Source: Gammaproteobacteria bacterium
GTDB taxonomy: Bacteria; Pseudomonadota; Gammaproteobacteria; Pseudomonadales; Halieaceae
DNA: 64,000 bases
Assembly: GCA_030426545.1 (NCBI GenBank)
Contig: JAUHYL010000012.1
Location: 5,637 to 69,636, forward strand
Direction: 5' to 3'
A program made the position numbers and the translations under genes. Position 1 is the stretch's first letter; each line of letters begins with the position of its first letter. Below, piece by piece: positions 29,451-37,377 of this stretch. The notes under the pieces were generated by a model. It saw only the letters and a list, made by a program, of their open reading frames with translations. It ran no database searches and was not told the origin of the DNA.

Positions 29451-32327
29451 TCAGCCGACGGCGATAGCGTTTTCCGTCGGGCACGACGCGTCATTCACTG
29501 CTTCCAGCGGTAGCGGCAGCGGCTGCTGCAACCTGAGGGCCAGCGCCATTTGCTCCGGGGCCAGCGGCTTACTGAAGTAGTAACCCTGGTACAAATCGCA
29601 ACCGCCACCCTTCAGCAAGGCCAGTTGCGCCTGCGTCTCCACTCCCTCGGCGACGATGTTTTTCCCCAGGTTTGTTCCCAGGGCGAGGATCGACTCGATA
29701 ATGGCCTGCGCGTCACGGTCCTCGCCCAACCTGTCAACAAAGCAACGGTCGATCTTCATCGTGTCGAATGACAGCCGGTGCAGGTGGCTGAGCGACGAGT
29801 AACCCGTGCCAAAGTCATCCAGCGCCAGGTGAACGCCCAGCGCATTCAATTCAGCCAGTACAGACTCCGATTTTGCATAATCCTCGACCAACAGGCTTTC
29901 GGTGATTTCCAGTTCCAGCGCAGCGGGCTCCATGCCCGCGCTTGCGACGGTACGCTGCACCGTTTCGATGATGTCCGAATACAGAATCTGGTGAGGCGAG
30001 AGATTCACCGCCACCTGCTGGATGCAAAGACCGTCATCACGCCATTGCGCAAACTGCCTGCAGGCTTCCTGCAGCGCGAATTCGCCCACCTGCGTGATCA
30101 GGCCGGTCTCTTCAGCGACAGGGATAAAAGCAGTCGGGCTGATCCAGCCACGCTCGGGGTGCTGCCAGCGCACCAGTGCTTCTGCGGAATGAATACAATG
30201 CGTGTCGGCGTCGACTTTGGGTTGGTAAACCAGACTCAACTGCTTCAGTGACAGGGCCTTCTTCAGTTCCTGACCGAGCGCGTAACGCTCGCTCATTTCG
30301 TCGTTCATGTTTGGCTCAAACAACTCATAGGCGCTACCGGGGTGCAGCTTCGCCCGGTACATCGCCAGGTCCGCATTCTTGAGCAGTTCCTCGGCTGAGG
30401 AACCGTCCTCCGGGTAGATGCTTATCCCCACGCTGACGTCGAGGTGAAACTCCTGGTTCAGTATATGGAAGGGCTCGCTCAGCGTATCGACCAGGCCAGC
30501 ACAGACCCGCGTGAGATCCGACAGCTCCTCGAGTCCGGAAATGGCAATAACAAATTCATCGCCCGAAATCCTGGCGACAGTGTCCGAATCACGAACCAGC
30601 CTCCGCAGCCGCCTGGCGGTTTCCTTCAGCACTCTGTCACCGACATGATGGCCCAGGGTATCGTTGACGAACTTGAACCGATCAAGATCGGCATAGATCA
30701 CACCGATCCGCTCACCGTCACGAGCTGCCTGGCGAATAGACTGTTCGAGGCGATCGATATAGAAAACGCGATTCGGCAGGCCGGTAATCTCATCGAAGTG
30801 TGCCTGAAAATGCAGTTTTTGCTGCCGATCCACCAGCGACATTGCCACCGTGAGTCGGCCGATCAGATCGCCCGTCTGTCCGACACGCCCCGCGTCGAAC
30901 GCATCGATCTCCTGTTCGTCCAGACACAGCGCGCCGAACAGGACGCCTTCCGATGCCAACGGGTAGATTCGCAGCATTTCCAGTCGTGCAGGAAAGTAGG
31001 CGCGCAGACTCTGGAAACGCGCACAATCGACAACGTGAATGCGATCCTGCTCACTCTCAATCATCGCGTACAGCGCAGCATCCAGTACCACCTGTTGCGC
31101 GCTTGTGTGCTGCCCGGCCGCTGTATCCCAGGCGGACAGGTGCCCGTTGGCGCCGTCACCGTCCAGCACCAGCACACCCAGGTAATCCACTTCCAGGAGG
31201 TCCGGAATCTTCTGCACGATCATCTCGGCAACGTTTTTCGCATCTGGCTGGGACAGCAGGATGCCGTCTATATCCGACATGGTGGTCAGCAACCCAAACT
31301 GACTGCCCAGCTTTGCCGCCATGCTGTTGAAAGACTGCCCGAGTTCCTCCAGTTCATCACCTGAACTGAGATCAATGCGCACATTGAAGTCGCCCTCGCC
31401 GAGCAGGTTGGCACTGGCCTGCAACTCGGACAAAGGCTCCAGCCGTTTCCGCGTATTGCGCACCACCAGCAGGACGACGCTGAGGGCAACAAAAAGCATA
31501 AGGCCTGGAAACAGCCAGCGGAAAAGCCGTATGGGCTCAAATACGGTGGCGCCCTCCTCCAGGGCGACAATCGTCCACGGCCGACTGGCATACTTCGAGG
31601 GGATGAAAATTTCCCGGGTAAACGCATACACCGCTGTTCCGTCCTGTGCCGTCCAGTGCAGGCGGCCATGACCGTCGGTGGTGTCCGCGTCAAGAATGTC
31701 CGCGGCATAGCGCCGCGCCTCGGAGTTGCAATAGAGCGCGCTGCCGCCATCCAGAACGCAAAATCGCCTGTACAGTATCTGTTCGTGCTCATTACCGTAC
31801 AGAAAGTCGGGCCTGAGCCGGGCGGCATACCCTGGTGATGGCTGTGCGTACCCTGCTTGCGGCAGGACGATAAGCCACAACGCGTCGGAGCCGGGGTCAC
31901 GCACGAGTAGGGGCCTGTCATCGACTACTCGGGCTGCATCCGCCAACAGGGAATAGTCGCTGGCATCCACTTCGCCCGCAATCTGCGAAAAACCGCCATC
32001 GCCGGTAATCGCCACCACACCGCTGGTTGCTGCCAACAGTTTCTGCAGGGTGCGCGGGGAGGCCGGGACACCAGGGTCGCGTATCCCCTGCTGTTCGCCC
32101 AGAATACCTGCCACCTCATCCAGGCGTTCGATAATGAGGCTGCCCTGAAAGCGTGTTGCATCCAGCAACCTTACGTAGGCCTGCTCCTCCAGCGAGTGTT
32201 CAATCTGCTTGTAGGACAGCCAGGCCACCCCGGCCAGCGGCACCAGGATGGAGACCACGAACAGCGCCTGCACACGGTGCATCAGTACTTGACTACCACC
32301 CGGGCGTTTGCCCCCTGTCGCGGCCAT
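29451..32327 (-). CDS. Membrane c-di-GMP enzyme: TM-periplasmic sensor-TM-HAMP-GAF-GGDEF-EAL
   Basis: Two TM segments, HAMP ('SSGDELEELGQSFNSMA'), GAF-like region, 'HFDEITGLPNR', RDSD I-site five residues before SGDEF, intact EAL motifs (EALVRW, EITES, DDFGTGYSSL, KID, EGVET). Confidence 0.92.
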   Translation of the reverse strand: MAATGGKRPGGSQVLMHRVQALFVVSILVPLAGVAWLSYKQIEHSLEEQAYVRLLDATRFQGSLIIERLDEVAGILGEQQGIRDPGVPASPRTLQKLLAATSGVVAITGDGGFSQIAGEVDASDYSLLADAARVVDDRPLLVRDPGSDALWLIVLPQAGYAQPSPGYAARLRPDFLYGNEHEQILYRRFCVLDGGSALYCNSEARRYAADILDADTTDGHGRLHWTAQDGTAVYAFTREIFIPSKYASRPWTIVALEEGATVFEPIRLFRWLFPGLMLFVALSVVLLVVRNTRKRLEPLSELQASANLLGEGDFNVRIDLSSGDELEELGQSFNSMAAKLGSQFGLLTTMSDIDGILLSQPDAKNVAEMIVQKIPDLLEVDYLGVLVLDGDGANGHLSAWDTAAGQHTSAQQVVLDAALYAMIESEQDRIHVVDCARFQSLRAYFPARLEMLRIYPLASEGVLFGALCLDEQEIDAFDAGRVGQTGDLIGRLTVAMSLVDRQQKLHFQAHFDEITGLPNRVFYIDRLEQSIRQAARDGERIGVIYADLDRFKFVNDTLGHHVGDRVLKETARRLRRLVRDSDTVARISGDEFVIAISGLEELSDLTRVCAGLVDTLSEPFHILNQEFHLDVSVGISIYPEDGSSAEELLKNADLAMYRAKLHPGSAYELFEPNMNDEMSERYALGQELKKALSLKQLSLVYQPKVDADTHCIHSAEALVRWQHPERGWISPTAFIPVAEETGLITQVGEFALQEACRQFAQWRDDGLCIQQVAVNLSPHQILYSDIIETVQRTVASAGMEPAALELEITESLLVEDYAKSESVLAELNALGVHLALDDFGTGYSSLSHLHRLSFDTMKIDRCFVDRLGEDRDAQAIIESILALGTNLGKNIVAEGVETQAQLALLKGGGCDLYQGYYFSKPLAPEQMALALRLQQPLPLPLEAVNDASCPTENAIAVG

Positions 32328-32980
32328 CAGAAGTTTTTCGCTATGCCGATAAAACTGCCGTTACCAGCGCGGATGATGTCATCCCTGCTGTGCTTCGCAG
32401 TCAGCGGCGATACGCTGCGGCCGTCCTGCCCCATGCTGTACAGGTCGTAATCGGTGTTGATTGGCACGAGGTTTTTATCTTTGCGCAATTTCCCCTTGCC
32501 TGGACTCCCACCACCGCCGCCTTTTTTTCCGGATTTACCGGGGCTGCTTTTCGAGGCACTGGTGGGCCCTGCGGCAATCCTCAGGTACTCGTAAGGGTTG
32601 CCCCAGGGGTCGCGCATGTCCTGCAGGCCTATGTCTTCGAGTGATTCCGGATAGCTGCTTCTGTCAAAGAAGAAGTCGGTGATCTCCTCCTCCATTTTCC
32701 TGATGTCCGCCTCGGCCAGTAACACGTCGGCTTTGTTCAGATATTCCTGGTAGGTGGGCACAGCGATCGACACCGATACCACGCCAATCGCCAGCGTTAT
32801 CATCAGCTCCAGCAGCGAAAAGCCGAGGCACGAATGCAGGGACGGGGGCTTTCGCGGAAAAAGCACGCCGGGAACCACTGATGCGGACAAGCTCCCGGTG
32901 GGACTTCCCTGTATGCCAGGCATCACTGGACCGCTCGCTGGAATGCGACCCGGAACGCCTGGTGGGTGACCCTGGTTCAA
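32327..32980 (-). CDS. Orphan prepilin, GspG-like major pseudopilin
   Basis: Class III signal peptide G|FSLLE (G codon 32822-32824) with E+5 and a hydrophobic helix; 'DPWGNPYEY', 'DYDLYSMGQDG', 'SRDDII'; the true start may lie nearer the cleavage site. Confidence 0.85.
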   Translation of the reverse strand: MNQGHPPGVPGRIPASGPVMPGIQGSPTGSLSASVVPGVLFPRKPPSLHSCLGFSLLELMITLAIGVVSVSIAVPTYQEYLNKADVLLAEADIRKMEEEITDFFFDRSSYPESLEDIGLQDMRDPWGNPYEYLRIAAGPTSASKSSPGKSGKKGGGGGSPGKGKLRKDKNLVPINTDYDLYSMGQDGRSVSPLTAKHSRDDIIRAGNGSFIGIAKNF

Positions 32981-33241
32981 AGGTTGGCCTATACAATGTT
33001 TAGCTTCTACCCATTAATAGCGTCAGCCGAGCAAGGCCTCTTTAGCGATAACTAGAAATCCGCACCGAATAGTGTCTCAGCGGGCCGCCTGGACGGTCTT
33101 TTTTTGAACTGGGTCACACAAAAACCGCCCTTCGGGTACGGCTAACGCCAGATTTTGTTCACCGCTTTGGCCGTTCCGGTGGTTTTCTCGGAGACAAAAA
33201 CCGCCTATTTTGATCGCTGTTCATACACTCAGAATCTCACT

Positions 33242-34258
33242 ATGACGGCGTCAACCAGCGATTCCGACCACCTGGACCTCGACACACTGACCGGCACCCG
33301 CAAGGGCCCTTACCGCAGTTTCAACGCGGTCAGTGCTGTGCAGATCTGGCAGTGGTGTTCTGCCATGGGGGATCACAATCCGCTGTACCTCGACAAGGCT
33401 TACCAGGAGCAACACGGCATCGACCGCGCCATCGCACCACCGGCCATGATGCAGGCCTGGACCATGCGCGACGTCAACATGCGCTACGCTCCGGGCTCCT
33501 CCAGTGCGGCACCCTACGAAGTATTCGACGTGCTCGCAGCCAATGGTTTTCCCGGCAATGTTGCGGTCAGCTACGACATCCACTTCCACCACCTGTTGCA
33601 AGAGGGCGATCGCGCACATCACTACAACACCATTACCTCGATCAGCCCGCTCAAGAAGACGGCCCTGGGTGAGGGTTATTTCGTCGTCGAGCATGCCGAG
33701 TTTATGGATCAACACGATACGGTCTATGCGGAAGCCTATATCACCTATTTCCAGTACAGGCCGGCCGCCGACAGCAACGCTGCAGCAGCTGAACCGTCGC
33801 CAGCCCATAAGGTGACAACAGCGTCCGAGCAGCCCACGTTCAGCGACCGCCGCGCGGCCGATCTGACCGTCGGTGACGCGCTGCCGGAACTCGTAATACC
33901 CATCACGCACAAGCTGATTGTCGCCGGCGCAATCGCCGGGCAGGATTTCATTGACGTGCACCACAACGCCCCCGCCGCGCAGGCTGCCGCGATGCCAGAC
34001 ATCTTCATGAACATCCTGACAACCTGCGGTCTGTGCGGGCGCTACCTCACAGACTGGGCAGGGCCCGGCAGCCGCATCAAACGCCTGCAGCTAAAACTGC
34101 TGGCACCGAATACACCCGGCGATACCATGCTCCTGCAGGGACAGCTCAAGACCCTGGACGTGGGCGATGACTCGCCCACGGCGAGCGTTGAATTCGCCGG
34201 CCGCAATGGGCGCGGCTACCACGTCACGGGCAGCGCGGTCGTCGCGCTGGCAGGCTAA
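33242..34258 (+). CDS. Fused double-MaoC hydratase (ChsH2-N-like domain plus ChsH1-like domain, no DUF35)
   Basis: Likely start ATG 33242. The N half matches the 13769 N-domain ('QIWQWCSAMGDHNPLYLD..IAPPAM'); the C half matches 14747 ('AIAGQDFIDVHH', 'DIFMNILT', 'DWAGP'). Confidence 0.8.
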   Translation: MTASTSDSDHLDLDTLTGTRKGPYRSFNAVSAVQIWQWCSAMGDHNPLYLDKAYQEQHGIDRAIAPPAMMQAWTMRDVNMRYAPGSSSAAPYEVFDVLAANGFPGNVAVSYDIHFHHLLQEGDRAHHYNTITSISPLKKTALGEGYFVVEHAEFMDQHDTVYAEAYITYFQYRPAADSNAAAAEPSPAHKVTTASEQPTFSDRRAADLTVGDALPELVIPITHKLIVAGAIAGQDFIDVHHNAPAAQAAAMPDIFMNILTTCGLCGRYLTDWAGPGSRIKRLQLKLLAPNTPGDTMLLQGQLKTLDVGDDSPTASVEFAGRNGRGYHVTGSAVVALAG

Positions 34259-34288
34259 ACCGACATCAAGACACAGGAGCAAGCGGGT

Positions 34289-35098
34289 ATGAGCACACAA
34301 CGTTACGCAGGCAAGGTTGCCATCGTCACCGGCGGCAGCATGGGTATTGGGCGCGCCACCGCGCTACAACTCGCCGCGGAGGGTGCGCATGTCATCGCCT
34401 GCGCCCGACGCCAGCCGCGCCTCGACGAACTCGCCAAAGAAATCGCCGACCTGGGCGGCAGTTTTCGCCCGGTAGCACTGGACGTGGCGGACCTCGACGC
34501 CTTTGCGAGGTTGATTGAAGAAACGGCTGAGGAACATGGCCGGCTTGACCTGCTGGTCAATAACGCCCCTTCAGTAATCGGCGGCATGATCCTGGACCAG
34601 ACCATAGAACAGTGGCGCGCCAACTTCGGCGTCTGCGTGGAAAGCGTTTTTATCGGCGTGCAGTCCGCCCTGAAAGTGATGCAAAAGCAGGGCTCGGGGG
34701 CGATCATCAATATTTCCTCGGTCAGCAGTCTGCGCGCAGGCATGGCAGCCGGCGCCTACTCCGCGGCCAAGGCGGCAGTGAACCAGTTTACCCTGTGTGC
34801 GGCCATGGAAGCGGCGCCCTACAACGTGAGGGTCAACGTCGTGGCACCGGGCGCGGTGATGACCCCGGGGCTCGAGGCCTCGACCATGAAGAACAAGGCG
34901 ATGCAGGATGCGATGGCCGGCGCCATACCCATGCAGCGTATCGGCACACCCGAGGAGATGTCCGAGGCCATCTGTTTCCTCGGCTCGGATGCCGCATCCT
35001 TTATCACCGGGGTGATCCTGCCCGTGGACGGGGGCAAAACGCCACAGATGCACATCCCCGATTTCGACCTCACCGCGCTGGATAACCAGAACCTGTAA
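34289..35098 (+). CDS. SDR family oxidoreductase
   Basis: TGGSMGIG, NNA, YSAAK, RVNVVAPG. Confidence 0.95.
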   Translation: MSTQRYAGKVAIVTGGSMGIGRATALQLAAEGAHVIACARRQPRLDELAKEIADLGGSFRPVALDVADLDAFARLIEETAEEHGRLDLLVNNAPSVIGGMILDQTIEQWRANFGVCVESVFIGVQSALKVMQKQGSGAIINISSVSSLRAGMAAGAYSAAKAAVNQFTLCAAMEAAPYNVRVNVVAPGAVMTPGLEASTMKNKAMQDAMAGAIPMQRIGTPEEMSEAICFLGSDAASFITGVILPVDGGKTPQMHIPDFDLTALDNQNL

Positions 35099-35287
35099 AG
35101 GCGTTTTCCAGCCAGCCGGGGGCACGGATTCAGTTCGACCAAAACTGGCCAGCCCCTTGAATTTCCTGCAATAACTTCTATTATTTCAACAACAATAAAC
35201 ATTCGGGGAAAGGGATTTTTCGGGGCCTGCCAGGTATAGACCCAGGGATACGCTCGGGTATAAACCAGAAACACCACGGAGTGCCCA

Positions 35288-35503
35288 ATGCCCGAGGATA
35301 TTGAACGTCAGCCGTCGCTGAACCAACGCGTGAGCAGCTATCTGCGCGAAACCCATGGCGGTGAAAACCCCTTTGCCACCAAAGTGCAGGCCGCGGAAAT
35401 CGATCGCCGCGAATTCGAACTGCAACGCGCCCTCAACGATCTGCGCGCCGCCCAGGCGAAAGTGGAGAAAATTCGAGGCGAGATTCGTAAATTGAAAGCC
35501 TAG
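35288..35503 (+). CDS. Small hypothetical protein with a C-terminal coiled coil
   Basis: 71 aa with a GGAG RBS, in an otherwise empty intergenic space, followed by a terminator-like hairpin. Confidence 0.6.
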   Translation: MPEDIERQPSLNQRVSSYLRETHGGENPFATKVQAAEIDRREFELQRALNDLRAAQAKVEKIRGEIRKLKA

Positions 35504-35558
35504 CGCCCTGGCGTCGTGAGCCACCCGGCGCCAAATCCGGCGGAAACCACGCGACAGC

Positions 35559-35578
35559 AACCGCACTCCGGTTTTTTT
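35559..35578 (+). terminator. Possible terminator after the small ORF
   Basis: AACCG-CACTC-CGGTT stem running into a T run (35572-35578). Confidence 0.45.
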
Positions 35579-35604
35579 GAGTACAGACCTACATAGTTCA
35601 GAAT

Positions 35605-35620
35605 ATTGAGCGACGTCAAT
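35605..35620. promoter_or_regulatory. FNR/ANR-like box upstream of the usp gene
   Basis: ATTGA-GCGACG-TCAAT has the TTGA-N6-TCAA spacing of FNR-family sites, about 95 bp upstream of the usp ATG; the inner T/A positions deviate from consensus. Confidence 0.4.
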
Positions 35621-35715
35621 AGGATCGTCGCTCCGCAACTGGCACACTGGCCACAGTCGCAAATAACCAAAGGCGCAGTGGTAGGACAACCGTCCGATGC
35701 TGTGAAGCAATCGCC

Positions 35716-36507
35716 ATGGCACTGAACAATATCCTGGTCGTGATTGACCCTACCGTGGACATTCAACCGGCCTTCGAGCGCGGGCTCGATTCCGCACGCG
35801 ACACCGGTGCGAAGCTGCATCTCTACGCCTGCATGAACCCGGAAGACGACAATCTGCAGCAGGGCATGTCGGCGCTGCAGGATTTGCTGGAAGGGCTTGA
35901 GCAGCGCGCCGTGACCGACGGTATCGAGGTCAGCACGGAAATTGAGCAGCACGGTGACTGGGCTGCCCGGGCGGTTGCCGCCGCGGCCCGACTGGGTGCC
36001 TCCATGGTGTTCAAGAACTCAACCGATCACGCCCTCGTCGACAGGGAGAAGCGACGTACTTCAGACTGGACGCTGCTGCGTACCTCGCCGTGCCCGGTTC
36101 TCATGGTCAAGAACTTTCATGACTGGGGTGGGCGCAAGGTGCTGGCCGCTATCAATCCGGCCTCACCGGAAGCGGCGCACATTAAACTCGACAACCAGAT
36201 TGTGAGCTTCACGCGGCAACTGGCCGCCAGCTATGGTTCTGATGCGCACTTCGTTATCGCCTTCCAGGATCTGAATAATCCGCCGGACACCGCGGCGATT
36301 GCACAGAAGTGCGGGGTTAGTGCGGAGCACGTGCACACCCGGAAAGGCAAGCCGGCAGAGGTTATTCGTGATATTGCCAGGGAGATCGACGCCGATTTAA
36401 TCGTGGTCGGCACCGTGGCAAGAGACGGCATCAAGGGCCGCGTGATCGGCAATACCTGTGAAAAACTGCTGGATCAGACGCACTCCGACGTGCTGGTGCT
36501 GAACTGA
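35716..36507 (+). CDS. Universal stress protein, tandem Usp domains (UspE-like)
   Basis: 'NILVVIDP', 'DWTLLRTSPCPVLMVK', 'VLAAINP', 'DLIVVGTVAR.GI.G.VIGNTCEKLL'. Confidence 0.9.
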   Translation: MALNNILVVIDPTVDIQPAFERGLDSARDTGAKLHLYACMNPEDDNLQQGMSALQDLLEGLEQRAVTDGIEVSTEIEQHGDWAARAVAAAARLGASMVFKNSTDHALVDREKRRTSDWTLLRTSPCPVLMVKNFHDWGGRKVLAAINPASPEAAHIKLDNQIVSFTRQLAASYGSDAHFVIAFQDLNNPPDTAAIAQKCGVSAEHVHTRKGKPAEVIRDIAREIDADLIVVGTVARDGIKGRVIGNTCEKLLDQTHSDVLVLN

Positions 36508-36564
36508 GCCTCCGTCCCCACCAACCCGCATACACCCAGTCCCGGTTCGTGGGCCGGCCCACGC

Positions 36565-37335
36565 TCAAAGATCGACCACGTTAGAGCGCACCAGCAGGCC
36601 ACCGTCCACCACCAGATCGTGGCCCGTCACAAACGAGGCGCGCTCGGAACACAGGTACGCCACTGCGTCGGCGATTTCCTCCGGTGCTGCCAGTCGGCCC
36701 ATAGCGTGGGCATTCAGCACCTTCTCGCGCATATCCTCCGGCAGCGTATCCAGGTAGAACTGCATACCACCGGATTCGATTCCCGCAGGACACACCGTGT
36801 TTACCCTCACACCACGCCGGGCATATTCCACCGCCGCCGACTTGCCCAGCGTGATGACGCCACCCTTGGCAGCGGCATACGCCGCCTGCAGCGCCTCGCC
36901 GCGCATGCCCGACACCGATGCCACATTGATAATGGCACCGCCACCGCTGGCCTCTATCGCCGGTAATTGATATTTCATACTCAGCCACACGCCGCGCAGT
37001 GTGACCGACATGCAGCGATCCCATTCTTCTTCGCTGATGGAGGCCAGCGGTTTCGTCTCGATGCCAAGCGCCGCGTTATTGCATGCCATGTGCAGCGCGC
37101 CAAATTCCTCGCGGGCCGTGTTCACCGCCTTCTGTACGTCGGCGGTAACGCTCATATCGGCCTGCACGTAGACGGCGTGGCCGCCCTGGCCACGAATCAA
37201 CTCTACTGTCTCCTGGCCGCCCTCCTCCCTGATATCGGCGACCACCACCTGCGCGCCGGCGCGATCAAACGCACGGGCGATGGCACGCCCGGTGCCGGCG
37301 CCACCGCCCATGACCAGCGCTACTCTATTTGCCAT
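36565..37335 (-). CDS. SDR family oxidoreductase (likely NAD-dependent)
   Basis: MGGGAGTG, ADI, CNNA, YAAAK. Confidence 0.92.
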   Translation of the reverse strand: MANRVALVMGGGAGTGRAIARAFDRAGAQVVVADIREEGGQETVELIRGQGGHAVYVQADMSVTADVQKAVNTAREEFGALHMACNNAALGIETKPLASISEEEWDRCMSVTLRGVWLSMKYQLPAIEASGGGAIINVASVSGMRGEALQAAYAAAKGGVITLGKSAAVEYARRGVRVNTVCPAGIESGGMQFYLDTLPEDMREKVLNAHAMGRLAAPEEIADAVAYLCSERASFVTGHDLVVDGGLLVRSNVVDL

Positions 37336-37377
37336 GTCTCACCCTCCTGCTAAAGGCCACCGCCAACAACCCCCGGC

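Noticed and set aside
32981-33241. c-di-GMP riboswitch upstream of the pilin/GGDEF-EAL operon
   Set aside because: I could not find the class I GGCAAAC...GAAA...GACGCAAAGC pattern or a class II pattern on either strand; kept only as a generic structured leader.
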